NCBI GenBank assembly: GCA_053919585.1
Contig: CM132783.1
Source: Euprymna scolopes
Lineage: Eukaryota
Direction: 5' to 3' (one strand)
DNA: 64,000 nt
The notes under the pieces are model-generated. The model was not told where the DNA came from, ran no database searches, and saw only the letters and a list, made by a program, of their open reading frames with translations. Below, piece by piece: positions 27,380-40,615 of this stretch. The translations under genes and the position numbers were made by a program. How positions within the stretch are numbered: position 1 is the stretch's first letter; every line of letters begins with the position of its first letter.

Positions 27380-27515
27380 NNNNNNNNNNNNNNNNNNNNN
27401 NNNNNNNNNNNNNNNNNNNNNNNNNNNNNNNNNNNNNNNNNNNNNNNNNNNNNNNNNNNNNNNNNNNNNNNNNNNNNNNNNNNNNNNNNNNNNNNNNNNN
27501 NNNNNNNNNNNNNNN
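27380..27515. other. N-masked block, probable cassette (strand ambiguous)
   Basis: Left flank fits either a minus-strand donor (GTaggt) or a plus-strand acceptor (cctac[ag]). A Penelope-like repeat abuts the right side. Confidence 0.35.
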
Positions 27516-27527
27516 CAAAATGATCCG

Positions 27528-28009
27528 AGATGGTAAAATTAAAGTAAATTATAAATATTAAAGAATTAATATTAATAGAATGATCTCAGCCAGATGTAAA
27601 AGCTCGATAAAACAAAATAGGAAATAATATGAGCAAACAGTTTATAAAATATGTTAAAATAAACTTCGAAATGAGTTAAAAACATATTTAATCTGAAAAG
27701 GAAACACTAGCTAAATGAATATTCCTTAATCTGCGGAGTTTCGAATAAATACTTTCCTTATCATCAGAGGGTAGGAATTAACAGAATGCGGGATCGGATT
27801 TTGCATGCAGAAGTATTTGATGAAACAAGAAGTAAGTCAAAGATCTTACTTCAAAACAAAAAAAAGTGAAGCAGTGGATATATGGTGAAGAAAAAGGTGA
27901 TTACACACGAATGGATAGTCTAGTGGAAGATAAAAAATCCAGTGACGGTAAAATCCAAATGTAATGTAAAACTTCAAGAAAGTTAAAAGAATTTCCATTT
28001 GTACAAGTA

Positions 28010-28015
<6 letters not shown>
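27528..28015 (-). mobile_element. Penelope-like terminal repeat with hammerhead-type motif
   Basis: Close homologue of 58628-58985. Minus strand reads CTGATGA-taaggaaagtatttattc-GAAAC at ~27738-27767. Confidence 0.8.
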
Positions 28016-28092
<77 letters not shown>

Positions 28093-28214
28093 GGGATGTA
28101 TGCGTGGATGTGTGTGTCTGTGCGAGCGAGAGAACTTGCGTGTATATTTGTAATTAAGCTGATAGTTATTTTCAATGCAAGCTAGGGTGAAGATAATAGA
28201 CTTTTCTTTTTTCA

Positions 28215-28610
28215 TATATAACATATTTTCTGAGTGATACGTAATTGAGTATGGTGTCCAGAGATCATCCTTCGTTGTCCCAGGCGCTTCAATCTTCGTA
28301 AAAGTGTTTCTTGGCATATCCATTGCTTTATTTTGCTGCATGTGTAATAGTTTGTCTCTGTTACTATAACATTATTAATAAACCTGAGGCTATTCTCTAA
28401 TGTCACCAACATTATATAAGGTATTGCATGTCGTGATGTTTCATTTCTGCGCTGGAAAATTATATCACTAAATTGCGGGTCTTGCATGAAGTTCACGAAA
28501 ATGTATTGCCCTCCATAGTTTGTACTTCTCCGCAAACTTTTTTCCACAGAGCTAATTACATTGTTCTCAGCTTTTTCTGTTAACATTACTATTGTCTTAT
28601 TAATTCCTGA
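28215..28610 (-). pseudogene. WSC-like and lectin N-half-like cassettes
   Basis: NNVISSVEKSLRRSTNYGGQYIF; NVIVTETNYYTC / FTKIEAPGTTKDDLWTPYSITY (frameshifted). Confidence 0.45.
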
Positions 28611-29134
28611 TTTCTTTTGTTCTATACCGTTTGATTCATTGTTCAGCTAGTTTGTTATTCCCATAATACGACGCCCTTTCCATAGCTCATTTCAATAATT
28701 TTCCATGCTTTTAATATTGTTTTCTCATCATGGAAGAAATAATATAAGCAAGAGTAAAAAAATAAAACAAAAAACAACAGTAAAGCAGATCGATCGCAGA
28801 CTCTTGGAAATACACTGAATAAACAAAAAAAGAAAAACATTTTCTTTATATACTATATGAAAGATACTTTATTACAATATGGTAGAGTTGACTTAGAAAT
28901 AGAAAGCGGGTAAATTAATAATTACGATAATGCTATGTGGTATGCTTAAAGTAATAAAGAATTAAGTGTACTTGTAATGATCGAAGGGATTAAACAAAAC
29001 AAACCAACCAAATAACAATGTGCTTCGATAACATTTGCATAGTGCTTACCTTAAACGGTTCATATTTAAAATGCATCAACAATTACAAGTGAAAATAAAA
29101 GAGAACGTGTGTAGATGGGCGTGTTAGTTGATTG

Positions 29135-29395
29135 ATACAGCACAATCACGTTGACAACACGGTACTTGCTAGATAACCGAAGTTAAGCAACGTTGAGCCT
29201 ACCCAGTACCAAATGGGTGACCATTAGGGAATGCGAGGCGCTTTATGTACCGCGAGGTAAAATACCAAGTTGGGAAACTGGTGCTGTTAAGCCTTCTGCC
29301 GAGAGCATATGGACACTTTAGCCGTCGTAGGCAACCCGTCTACTAATTACGTCCCGATAAAAAATATCCTTGAGAGCCCTGGCGAATCATCAAAT
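29135..29395 (+). mobile_element. 5S rRNA-derived SINE-like element (SINE3-like) or 5S pseudogene with a 3' body
   Basis: cacgttgacaacac...accgaagttaagcaacgttgagcc...agtac..atgggtgacc...gggaat matches the 5S rRNA internal A/IE/C boxes, diverged. It is followed by a non-5S body (gtaggcaacccgtcta). Confidence 0.8.
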
Positions 29396-29689
29396 ATTCA
29401 GCTACGGAAAAAAGATGTGAATTACATTAAAAATTAGTGTATTTAATTAATTATCGGTTGCGGCCGCATGTTCCGTTTAAAGTAGTTGAGATATTTTTTT
29501 TTTTTGCATTGAAATTAAGCTCAGATAATTTGGGTAAAACGAGGACAAATAAAGACTGAGTAGATCTTTTCCTGTATTAGCATGAATTATCTATCGAGTA
29601 TTCATTAGTAGAGTAGAACCATATAATACGACATTAAAAATTTGTAACAAGATACAATACACATGTACATAATCAAATAACATTATAAA

Positions 29690-31164
29690 TGACACCGTAG
29701 GGAGAGGCAAATACCTTAACCAGAGACCAGTAAAACATCGAATTCCACATCGTAACCAGAAAAAAAACCCGTATCCTAGGGACACCGTATCCGGGGTTGT
29801 ACTGCATATTATAAACTTTTCTTTAAAAATGAAGAAGATACCCCTCACCTATTCGAACAAATACTTTCATCATTGACACAATAATGTCACATTTTTTAAT
29901 GGTGAAAGATAATGCCCGTTCACACAATTTACAATTTAGAACACATATGGAGCATAAATTTATCGAATAATTGTTTATTCTTACTTTCTGTGTAATAAAT
30001 TGCGAACAGACGGGCTTACCTGACAAACGCTCGAGGTGTGCACTCTGCAAAGCGGGCACGTCCAAAGAAAAATGGCAAGATGGCGGCGGCCGGTTAATAT
30101 TGCCAAGTAATCACGCAAAATCGTGTGTTCTCTCGCACACACGAGAGTTCAACTTAGCATAAAAACGGATCACTGTGAGCAAGAAGGGAGAAGGAAAAAC
30201 GTAGTCAAGACAAAGACGACGCTTCTGACGACTGAGAAGAAAAAAGAAGAAAAAGAGCAAGAAGTAGAAGAGGAAGAAGAGAACGATACATGAGAAGACG
30301 AGGTGTGTGCGGTTTTGAGTAAATCGAAACAGACAGAAAAAAAAAACTCTGATGACACTTTCTATCACGGGATCACATCGAAGGAACTATAGCAATAGTT
30401 TTATCATGTTTAAGCCATATCAAATCTATAGCACCATGTTCACTACAGTTATTGTAAACTTTCTTCTGATTGGACTTACAGTTAAAATAGAATCGCGGAT
30501 AAAAAATGCACCGCGTATACACATATCTAAGGTACAAACAAAATACATAGAAAAATAAATTCAAGTTCATACTGAAATATGTTGCGAATGTGACTATATC
30601 TAAGCTTTTTTCGTATAATAATTATGAGAAACCTTCTAGATAACAAACATCTATGACTCATAACCCCCTCGCTGAGAGCTGATTCGTCAAACAAAGTTTG
30701 TATCCACACGTAACATAGACTAGAACAAATACATTGAATACATTAATAATTTATGGCAAACAACGCATTCCCTTTACTGTGTAAGAAAATTTCGCATATA
30801 TGAGAGAATGGTGCATCTGAATAAACCCAAATAATAAACATACGCAGTATTGTGGCCAAACGTGGTTTTGCGTAACACGGGTGAAAAATATTCTCCAATC
30901 TAATAGTTACATCACTATCAAGAAGGATATAATCCCTGTTTTATTGCCATAAATTTTTCACTTCAGTTTTACGAATATTTAAATTAGATATGTTCTGATG
31001 AACTTATTGTACTTGAGCTATATACCCTTGAGAAATCGATGTAACCATAGAATTCCACCCTTCACTAAAAATGCCGGGAAGCTTTCTGCTTTTATAAGCT
31101 ATTTCTCAAACTTTTAGATTTTAGTATTCCCTTCTCTGTTACACGTTCTCCTGACTCCAGTGAC
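29690..31164 (-). pseudogene. Minus-strand cassette cluster
   Basis: FFIFKEKFIIC...GFFFWLR; RINNYSINLCSICVLNCKLCERALSFTIKKC; YTRCIFYPRFYFNCKSNQKKVYNNCSE; GVMSHRCLLSRR; exon-like 31026-31164 with cctttacAG / GTatat. Confidence 0.5.
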
Positions 31165-32094
31165 CTGTAAAGGTGAAAAAGTAATGGAAACTGACATCTC
31201 CCTCAGCACTTTGCATAGTCCACTATAAACTTGGCCTCTAAAAAGTCGTAGGCTGTAATATGCTTGAATATGATGAACATAAATAAAAAAAAATAAAAAC
31301 GAAGGAAAATCGCAGACATCATATTTTCCATAATATTTTAGGTAAACTGCACGTGCTGCTTCATAATGAAGTAGAAAAAAGTGTTAACTTTAGCTTGGAG
31401 GAGGTTTTTTTAAAGTATAACTATGGGGTAAATGTGTAATAATTTAGTAACATTACACTCTTAAACTGGATATTTTTCTTAATTACAACAGGGAAACTAA
31501 AATAAAGAAAAATATATACATGTCTGGTAAGCATTATAAAAAATTTATAAAAACATCTAAGTACGTAAATATCTAGTAAGATGATCAATCTTGGTTTTGC
31601 TATTTTGGCTAGCGAAATGATACTTATTATTACTAATATTCCCCACGCTTTTACATATCAGCTGTAATGAAAATTACAAAAGACAAGTTTATTCGTTTTC
31701 TAACAATAACTTTAATTAGAAATATGTACATACATAAAGGTATATAACTTTTTCTCTTAAATGATAATATTTAGATAAATGTTTGTTGTAACATGTAATG
31801 ATACTTGCTGTCATATATTCTAAAATTAATAATGGTGGAATACATAGCAGGTGTTTTTGTAAAAGTGGCAAGCATTAAATTGACAATTGTTTCAATATTT
31901 AATAAACGAATAATTTAACAAAATAGACGTGTCATCTGGCAATATCGTTCGTAATTTGAGTGTATAAGATTATTTTTTGTGTATATATAGTGTCCAAAGT
32001 CAACGCTGATGAACCGGATAATAAGATCAGACTGAGAAACAACATTGGCGCGCTTTTGCTGAAATATATACTAATTTATGGGTCGATTTATTAG

Positions 32095-33400
32095 AAAATG
32101 CTTTAAGTAGGTGTTTTGGGAGATCATTGATGTAGATCAGGAAGAGAGTTGGACCGAGGATGGACACCTGAGGGAGTCCAGCATTAACACTGTGGGCCTC
32201 TGATGTTTTCCCATCAACCATTACTCTTATGAGCCTATCAGAGAGAAATGATTTAATAATTGAGAAAACATTTCAAGTTATACCGTAGCTGGAAATCTTG
32301 TGAAGTAGGCCTTTATGCCATACCTTATCGAAGTTCTTTGATATGGCCAGAGCAATTGCCCTAGAAATGAAGCCTTTGTCGAGAGATTCGCTAATCCTAT
32401 GAGATATGACCGTTACTACATCTTCTGTAGATCTAGCAGGGCGGAAACCATATTGTGTGCCACTAAGAATGTTATTTCTGCTGAGATGGTTGACTACTTC
32501 TCTATTTAATGTAGATTCCAGCAACTTACTCATGCCACACAGGAGATTTATTTAGTACTGAGAGGGAGACGACTTAACACCTAAATTCTTAAATACAGGA
32601 CATACTGATGAGGTTTTCCAGGGTGTTGGAAAGCACTTCTCCTTAAGGCAACGCTTAAACAGTTTTGTAAGTATGAAGGCAAGTTTTGCTTGAAGCTTTT
32701 TCAGCACTATAATTGGAATGCCGTCAGAGCAGGTTGTTCAAGTTTCTTGATCAGCTTGGCGACCTCACGCACAGATATTTGTATGTAACCTGGCGTGTTG
32801 TGTGTTATAGGAGGAAATACTAAGACTTGATGGCCTTCGTCGCAAAGGGTAGAATTAGCTGCAAAGTTCTTGGCAAATAGTTTGGCCTTGTCTGATGCTG
32901 ACGAGATGACTTCTGGCACATTGATAATGGTTGAGATGCAACACACGCTTCTGCTCAGGATCCTATTTATTATTTGCCAAAAACACGTGGGAGCCAAGCT
33001 ACTTTGAATTTAACGGAATGCGCATATAGTTCTCTAGCATTTTTATTACTCTTTTACAGTGGTTGCTGACGTTCCTGAAAGTAGATTTAGTCTCAGCGCA
33101 TCTATTACGTTGGCAGCTATAGGAAAAATGATTCTGTGCACGATGGCAGCAGCACATTCTGTGTAGACCCATTGTTGGCTGTTAGGTTTTTGTTAGAATT
33201 TTTTTGATAGTATGAATCGGTCTATTCCTACAATTAACGATTCGGTTAGGTCTGATTATATAGAGGCCACATACTTTTTAAACATGGAATGCAGAGGTAG
33301 ATCGGATATGAATGTACGGAAGCTACCCAGTCAACCATAGAGTATCGATATACAGTATGGTGGAGAGGTACGTATGAGGACTTGGGGATATTTGGGTCCC
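32095..33400 (-). mobile_element. CR1-like LINE fragment, same family as 14378-16010
   Basis: MSKLLESTLNREVVNHLSRNN..QYGFR..FDKVWHKGLLHKISSYGIT; LPQVSILGPTLFLIYINDL; DKAKLFAKNFAANSTL. Confidence 0.95.
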
Positions 33401-33729
33401 TAATTGTTGGCGAGGTGCACTACTCCAATCAATACTTGTCTCTCTATTTTACATATTGGCATGCATCCACCATCATATTTGTAAATCAACCCAAAAGTAT
33501 CACTTGGAAAGCGAAATGTAGTGCCTGATTTCTTTGAAAAACAAATATTGGTTCAGCATGAGATCTAGTAAGAAGCACCCTATGTAACATGACCGTTACA
33601 CTGAAAAGGTGTGCGTTACCTTTCAAACCAATGTTGAGCTCTTACGCCGTCCATTATCGTCGCAAAAAAGACAAACAAAATTAAATAATTCGACTTTTCT
33701 TTTTTTTTTTAGCAGAAAGCATTTATTAC

Positions 33730-36700
33730 CGTTACCTTCAAAATAATGCTTCTTTTATTTTAACGTGAATTTCGTCTGCCATGAGATTAACACAATACCG
33801 CCTCACGTCATCAGCTTTGAATCTCTTCCAGCAAGCATGGAACCACCACTCATTACGCCTAGAATAATTTTACTAAACCCCGACACGTGTTTTTCCTTTG
33901 TTTTTAAACACAAGCCCGTACCCACTTGCTAATTTACGTACTACTGAAACAGATGCTGTGGCTCTTACTTACGTTCGCTAGCCATATATCTGCTAATATT
34001 TTCACACGCACTTATATGCCCTCCGTTACATTTCTCCCCTTACGAAAATTATTTTTAAAAATTAATTAAACCTGTTTGAGGTAATAAAAATAAACAAGAC
34101 AGTAACACTGAAAATGTGACACAATACAGGATAAATAATTAAATCTAAATAAATTTGTCTTAGTGTACAGTCTGCTCGACATTTTTATTTTATACTTTTT
34201 TGTTCTTTATTTATTTTTTTATTTTATTCTATATGCATAAGTAAAGTAATTCAAACGTAAGTTTCTAAAAATTTAAACGAAACTCTTTTATGCGTTTAAA
34301 GAGAAAACTCAGTAAACGCTTTAATAACGAGTATGTATGTAATTCTTCTCCTTTTCAGAAATTTCACTTGGGCAGTGTTGAATTGTATTATCTTGGTTTT
34401 GCTAGACTACAATTTTAAATGTAAAAAAACATATGTTATAAAGCCAGTGAAATTTTACCAAGAGAATATCAGAGTATGCAAATTCTTTTATGCTTATTGG
34501 CCATGGGTCTGCAGATTTTTGTTTTAGTAATGAAATTTGTTCATTGCTTCTTCACAATTTTCATAGCACAAATTATGCTATTAATATTGTCCCAAGAAAC
34601 GTATACATACATAGCTTTTTTTCTGTGTTAGTGTTTTGTACGCGCACATTTTTTCTTATTCCCTTATATCAACTCTTTATCCCCCTTAACCTCCTATCAG
34701 TCATACCAGGTATATCACCTGCTTCTCGTGTGATAAGTTTAACGCTAATTGCTGAATAATTGGGGAGGGGCGAACACCTTTCTCTCGAAAATGTTTGATT
34801 AAACTAGGTACTATAATTTTCCCATAGTTTTATGTCTGATTTTTCTCTTTATTACGAAGTTAGTTTTAACTAGATTATTTTAGCAAGCACTAGTTATTCA
34901 TGCCTTCGTATAGTTCACAATCAATTTTCCCTCTTTATGGCGCAGCTTCTGTTTGCATGGAATATTTAAGGGGAGTTCGGCTGTTTCTTTTTCTTTTAAG
35001 TGCTTCACCTCCTGATATTATTGCGATAGTATTCACGACAGTTACGGTTAGTATCCGACAAAACGTTGCAGAGGAATAATCTTAAATGCGCCCAAATCTC
35101 AGATATTGTCTCATGCATTTATTATCGCGTTTATACATTTTTAACAATACAGTTTGATTTATCATGTAATGTTGAGTTCTGATATCTAACGCGGGAAAGT
35201 TTTATTCACTTAGTACTTCTCATATTTCCGCAATCATCTAAGCTATTCTGTCCAGAAACCGAATTCTTCCTATAAACTTTATATAAAAACCTTCAGAAAT
35301 AACTAGGCTTCTATCACTGTAACATCCTATTCGTTGTCTGAATGCTGTTTTCAAATTTTGGACTGTCTACAAAGAAAAACAATCGTCGCTATTTACATTC
35401 TCCATCTTAATAACCGAGGACTGCGAGCACTCTAAATGCCTAGTGGGCACCTAAAATTCATACCACAGCGGCTATGTAAGCTGCTGTGTCTTCTTTTTCT
35501 CAAAGAGTATCCGTTGTAAAATATAATTGCCACAGTTTCACATAAGAAAGAATTTGGCTTATCACAGTGTTCCTTGTTATGTATTTCAAGATTAAAACGC
35601 CGGAAATGGTAGATTTCAGCGTTAAGTATTTATCTAAATCAAAGTGGCAAATACCGATAAGCAGGTTTAAAAATCCTCGCAAATTAAAGAAAATCATTCA
35701 TAAGTCGCTCAGCATTCCTAGAATATTTCTTTTATTTTTCAGTTTCTGATTAAACATAAAGAAAAAAGATAATATAACCCGATACGCCCAACATATATAC
35801 GAGGATATTAATTCGTTTGAAGCCTTTTTAATCACAATCACAAAAGTTCAACAGTTATTTCCAAAACACGACTGTATGACCTTGATCGTCTACAGAGGTG
35901 AACGCATTATTCTTGTTATTCTGTTTCAACAAGTAAAGTAAATAAAATACGTCAGTACAGAGAGACGCACACAAAAGTAAGGTAAGCTCTATAATTCTGT
36001 TATTTGGCTTCTAAAAATAGCCTCAAGTTGACAGATATGATGGCATTGCTTCTCAGAAGCAATAGTACAAATTCCAATCTTTGTTTTCTTTTTTATAAAC
36101 AGTTTACTTACATGAGAACTGTAGTCAAAGAGCTTAGTCTGAGTTCGTATTATGTGGGCAATCTCGGGCAATATTACTTGCCTTGCTTATTCACATTATT
36201 TGGTCGATCACGAAACCCTAACCCAGGAAAATTTGCTCAAATGTTCTAATATCAATGTACAAGGTAAATGTATAGACAGTTGTTATTAAACCAGTTCTGA
36301 GATCACAGTTAAACTCATTTAGTTCTAATATTAGGATACTGTAGAAGATTATTGTGTAGGGCGTTTGATAAAATCACTGCCGATTCCACAGTTCAACACG
36401 TGTCGTATCATCTGCGACTGACAGCGCTTTTGCATTTAGAAACAGTCATCCATAATTCCGGATTCACTTCTCGTATCTTGTAAATCTCGATAAATGAGAA
36501 ATTGACATCCACATTTACGTGAACATTACTTTCTTGCCTCTTTCTTCCTATGCTGTCACCAGCAGTCTGCAAGTGTAGATGTTGGAGAAATCTTTGTTCC
36601 CGGTTATGCTAAGCGAGGAATTACAGGTAGAAAATTGTACTGAGTGTCAGATTCTGCTCGCAAACTTAGCTAAAAACAACTTTTCACTCCATTTGCTCGA

Positions 36701-36765
36701 AATCACGTTTTCATCGCAAACCAATGGTACTATTAAAATATTACTATCAATCTCAATTCCATTAA
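33730..36765 (-). pseudogene. Minus-strand cassette cluster
   Basis: 33973-34071 (99 nt, AG..GTaagt) EKCNGGHISACENISRY; ~34525-34650 EKKLCMYTF..CYENCEE; 35217-35366 RIGCYSDRSL (canonical WSC start); 36360-36566 DCW..CSRKCGCQF..DDCF*MQKRC..LNCGIGSDFI; 36641-36765 LVCDEN..SEKLF/VCEQ. Confidence 0.55.
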
Positions 36766-36892
36766 CTGAAGCAAATTTTCCTAGGGTAGTATTTCATGAT
36801 CGACCAGATAATGTGAATAAGAAAGGCAAATGAGTATTGCCCGAGATTGCCCACATAATACAAACTCTAACTAAGCTCTATGACAACAGTTA
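36116..36892. repeat. Inverted duplication, arms ~36116-36238 and ~36770-36892
   Basis: gtattatgtgggcaatctcgggcaata / tattgcccgagattgcccacataatac is an exact inverted core, with similarity over ~120 nt. The arms read NVNK(K/Q)GK-stop, lectin-N-half-like. Confidence 0.9.
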
Positions 36893-37689
36893 TTACTTTT
36901 AAATTCGTCCAATAAAGCTGGTAGTGCCATAATATTGATAATCTTTTAAATACTAGCAGGATGTATAATAAACTCGTAAAGAATTCATAAGCTTCGAACA
37001 AAATTGCCATTCTTCAGATATAAAGTTAGAGTTTGTTGTATTTTTATGAAAAGCACATATATTACATTTATTTTTCTCTCGTCCTATAACGTTACAACTC
37101 TACTTCTGTCTTTTAAATCACCCAGATAATTTTTTTAAAATGTTAGCAATTCTTTAAAATATAAATATACAACTTAAACAGTTCTAATACAAGACTTAAC
37201 ATGTTCATGTGAAAATTATTTATTCTAACCTCCTCTCTAAAACAACATAAGCTATTTGTTACGTTAAAATGAAAGAATAAGCTTCATCATAATGCATCAC
37301 GAACTCGTAAACTAGAACGTTCGTTTTAAACACGAAACCAATATGGATGGTAAAGCACCGTCTCTAGGAACCAAGGAAAATATGACTGAGAGAACAGCTA
37401 TAAATCCGAAAATTAGCAGACAAGAAGAAAAGAAGCGAACAAGTACAATGCGTTTAATTGCATATGCAAAGATGACCAATATTCATTTCAGATGTGTAGG
37501 GCATAGTGTTTTCAGGATGCCCGTCTTTTAAAGAGAATGTATTTTATTAAATTTCAGAATTTAACAAGTTAAGTTTAAGATGCATTATTTTGTTGTTAAT
37601 TATATTAAAGCATAATGGTTGACAAAAAATTATTGCGGTTTTTAACTTTATTACATTCTGATGAACATATCTGGGGTTAAACAAAAATA

Positions 37690-38790
37690 ATTATACATAA
37701 GCACCGTTATTTATGTCAGTAGCGTAAACACCTTGTATTCTGGTAGCGATGAATTCGCTGAAAGTGTTTTTTAGATACCGCTTAGGGTTTTGAAGCATTT
37801 TTCGCAAATACCGTTGTCGATATGGTAGATAAAGTTGTAGTCGGTAAGGGAGAGATTAGAAGAGTATAGCGAACGAGGAAAATATTCTTTCCTTAATTCC
37901 TAAAATTTTTGCAGGATCGGCTAAGCAGCATACGGGAGGTCATCGTCGAAGAGGAGAATTGGGCTTTTTTATGTTGATTAATGATAGTTTTTGACGAACT
38001 TTCTCATGCATTTTATCCATTTATTGAAAGCACGTCTTCGTTCCAATGGTTTCACCTTTCATTCAAACAATTGTAACACGCCAACGCCAGTTGCAGATAA
38101 CTGAACAGTGAGCAAGACTTTGTTTTCATTTAACTCTTAGTTGGGGAAGTGTCTTAGAGTTTTGACGGCATCAAAATATTGAGCTGAACGTCGAGAAAAG
38201 AGTCGATTCCGTTGCGTAAAATAAGGGAAGATTACACTTCAGATTGGCATATTTTATTTGTCGTCTAGTTCCTGATCAATGTTGGTCTTAACTCGCAATC
38301 ACAAGTTATTGGAAATCGTTGTATACGTTAGGTTTAATTCCGAAGAAAGTTCTCGAACAGTAGTGCTTTGATTGGCTTCGACTAATGCTTCCAAGTTACA
38401 TTTGTCAACATCTGATGGCCAACCACTACAATTATTCTCAAAGACTCTCAATGGCACCACAATTTTTAAACCAGATTGTGGAATGCGTTTAGTAGTGGTC
38501 TCTTGGATGAACGTTTTCTTCGGCATCACGAAATGTTTCAGTAGCTCTTCCGTCTAGCTTGAATTTCAATGAGAAAATTTTTCCCGTTGTCTTTTTTTTT
38601 CTATCTTGTATTATAGTCAAACGACATAACTGTTTGAAATGCTGGTAATTAAACGATTAGATTGAGGTCTAAAGCCCTCTATATAATGGCATATAATGTA
38701 AACGTATTATCAAGATAATTTTTTGAAAATGTATTGCTTGAAATTAAAAATAAAATTTCTTCAAGTACTTTTTTGTAAACTTAATATACA
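37690..38790 (-). mobile_element. Highly decayed mariner-like transposon
   Basis: Minus-strand SGWPSDVD..LEALVEANQSTTVRELSSELNLTYTTISNNL (mariner HTH region), with downstream catalytic-domain remnants. Confidence 0.75.
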
Positions 38791-38899
38791 TACGAATAAA
38801 TTCGACCTTTAATATGAAATAAAGAAACGCCGATTTATGGCATGAAAATTCACAGGGTATAAAGATTATTTATTTGTTACTGGACAAAAGAGTGTGATT

Positions 38900-40390
38900 A
38901 TGTTAACCGTCGTATATCGACTCAGAACGCCTGCCATTTGAAGACGGGGGAATCACTGAAACATCGATTACCAAACCCACAGGCACATACCACATGGTTT
39001 TATCTCCAGATCTATCCACCTGACAGACCCCTCGTTTCAGTCATCACAGAGAAGATCTCGGCATACATTGACAGTATTCCCAACAGATTGCCTCCAAACA
39101 TAACCAGTTATATTAAATAAACGACACACTTTCTACAGATCCTACACGACATCGGTAAGTTAGCAAACAATACAATACTCGCCACGATGGATGTTTCTCT
39201 CTATACTCAAATATTCTACATGAGGAGGGAATATACGCGAGCAGGAGTTTTTTTTTCAAACCCAGATCTTAAAGTCACCAACATCACAAACATGGGCACC
39301 ATTATAGAGTACATTCTAATACACAATTTTACATTCAACAACGAACACTTTCTACAAATAAAAGGTACAGCCATGTGAACTAAAATGGCTCGTAGCTATT
39401 CCAACATCTTCATGCACACATTCGAAGTAAAATGCATACACACACCATTTCAAACCAACACACTATTACAGACATATATATGCCATCTTTGTCATTTGGC
39501 CACCCGGTCAAAAGGCATTGATAAACTTCTTTCGACATATCAACAACTGTTATATCAATATTAAATTCACGATTGAACAGTCAACCACAAACATCACCTT
39601 TTAAGAGTTTCTCCTTAAAATTTCCAATACTTATATCACAACATCTCTACACTCAAAACCTTCCGATGGACACAATTATCTACATTTTGAGTGTTGCCAA
39701 CATAAAAGTCGATCATATGCAGTCAATCAATAAAAGAAACAATCAACAGAGTATCGCACATTAACAGACGCAACCTACTAACATACAAAAACAGCAAAGC
39801 ATCCACACGAACACCTATGGTATTTCACTTCAATAATAACACCAAACATTTATACACCTTCATGAAACAGATGTTTAAACAACTATAACACGACTCCGCG
39901 CTCAACACATAAAATAAACCTCCATTTGTGCCAATTACTTACCATTCTTTACTCACATCAACTTGGATTGGCCGCAACCTCACATCTCATAGAAACAACC
40001 CTTGCAACACGCCCAGATGTCTAATATACCAACATCACTTTCACCCCTCCATGCACCAGCATACATCAAAAACTCCCGCATCTAAACTGCAATAGATAAA
40101 ATTTAATATATTTTTTAATGTTCACTGAATGCACGAAAGGCAATTATATCGGAGGGGGACAGACCTGGGGTTCCGTATACGCCTTAACAACAACAGACAT
40201 ACCATTGGAGACAAATCTACACATCATCTAGTATCTATCCACTATATTTTACCTAACCACACAATAGCATCTAATTTTATTACACCACATTAGAGACGAA
40301 TATATGCAAAAAAAAAAATAATTCTAAACTCACCACGCACACTTTAGGCCTTAACAAAAAACTCAATGACTACAATTTCTATAACGACAA
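38900..40390 (+). mobile_element. Penelope-like retroelement (RT and GIY-YIG), decayed
   Basis: DRPLVS, LATMDVSLY, FTFNNEHFLQIKGTAM*TKMARSYSNIFM, later YIG..RIRLNN. Confidence 0.85.
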
Positions 40391-40558
40391 AGATTTTCCT
40401 TAGGAATGCAATGCACAGTGGGATGGAGTAAATCTTTTGTTTTATTTTTCATTTCTTACTGACGCTTTCCTAAACCTACACACTTTCTCTATTTGTTTTC
40501 CTTCTTTATATTCTCGTACATATTGGTCTATGTAACTGCATATATGTGTGTGAGTTTA

Positions 40559-40615
<57 letters not shown>

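Noticed and set aside
28215-28340. NHL-repeat-like peptide (LWTPYSITY..NMLY)
   Set aside because: Single copy, and the D-L-W-T motif recurs in other lectin-like cassettes here.
36430-36510. MADF domain or DNA transposon between the inverted arms
   Set aside because: Only a few matching residues and no TSD seen; another frame gives consistent Cys modules.
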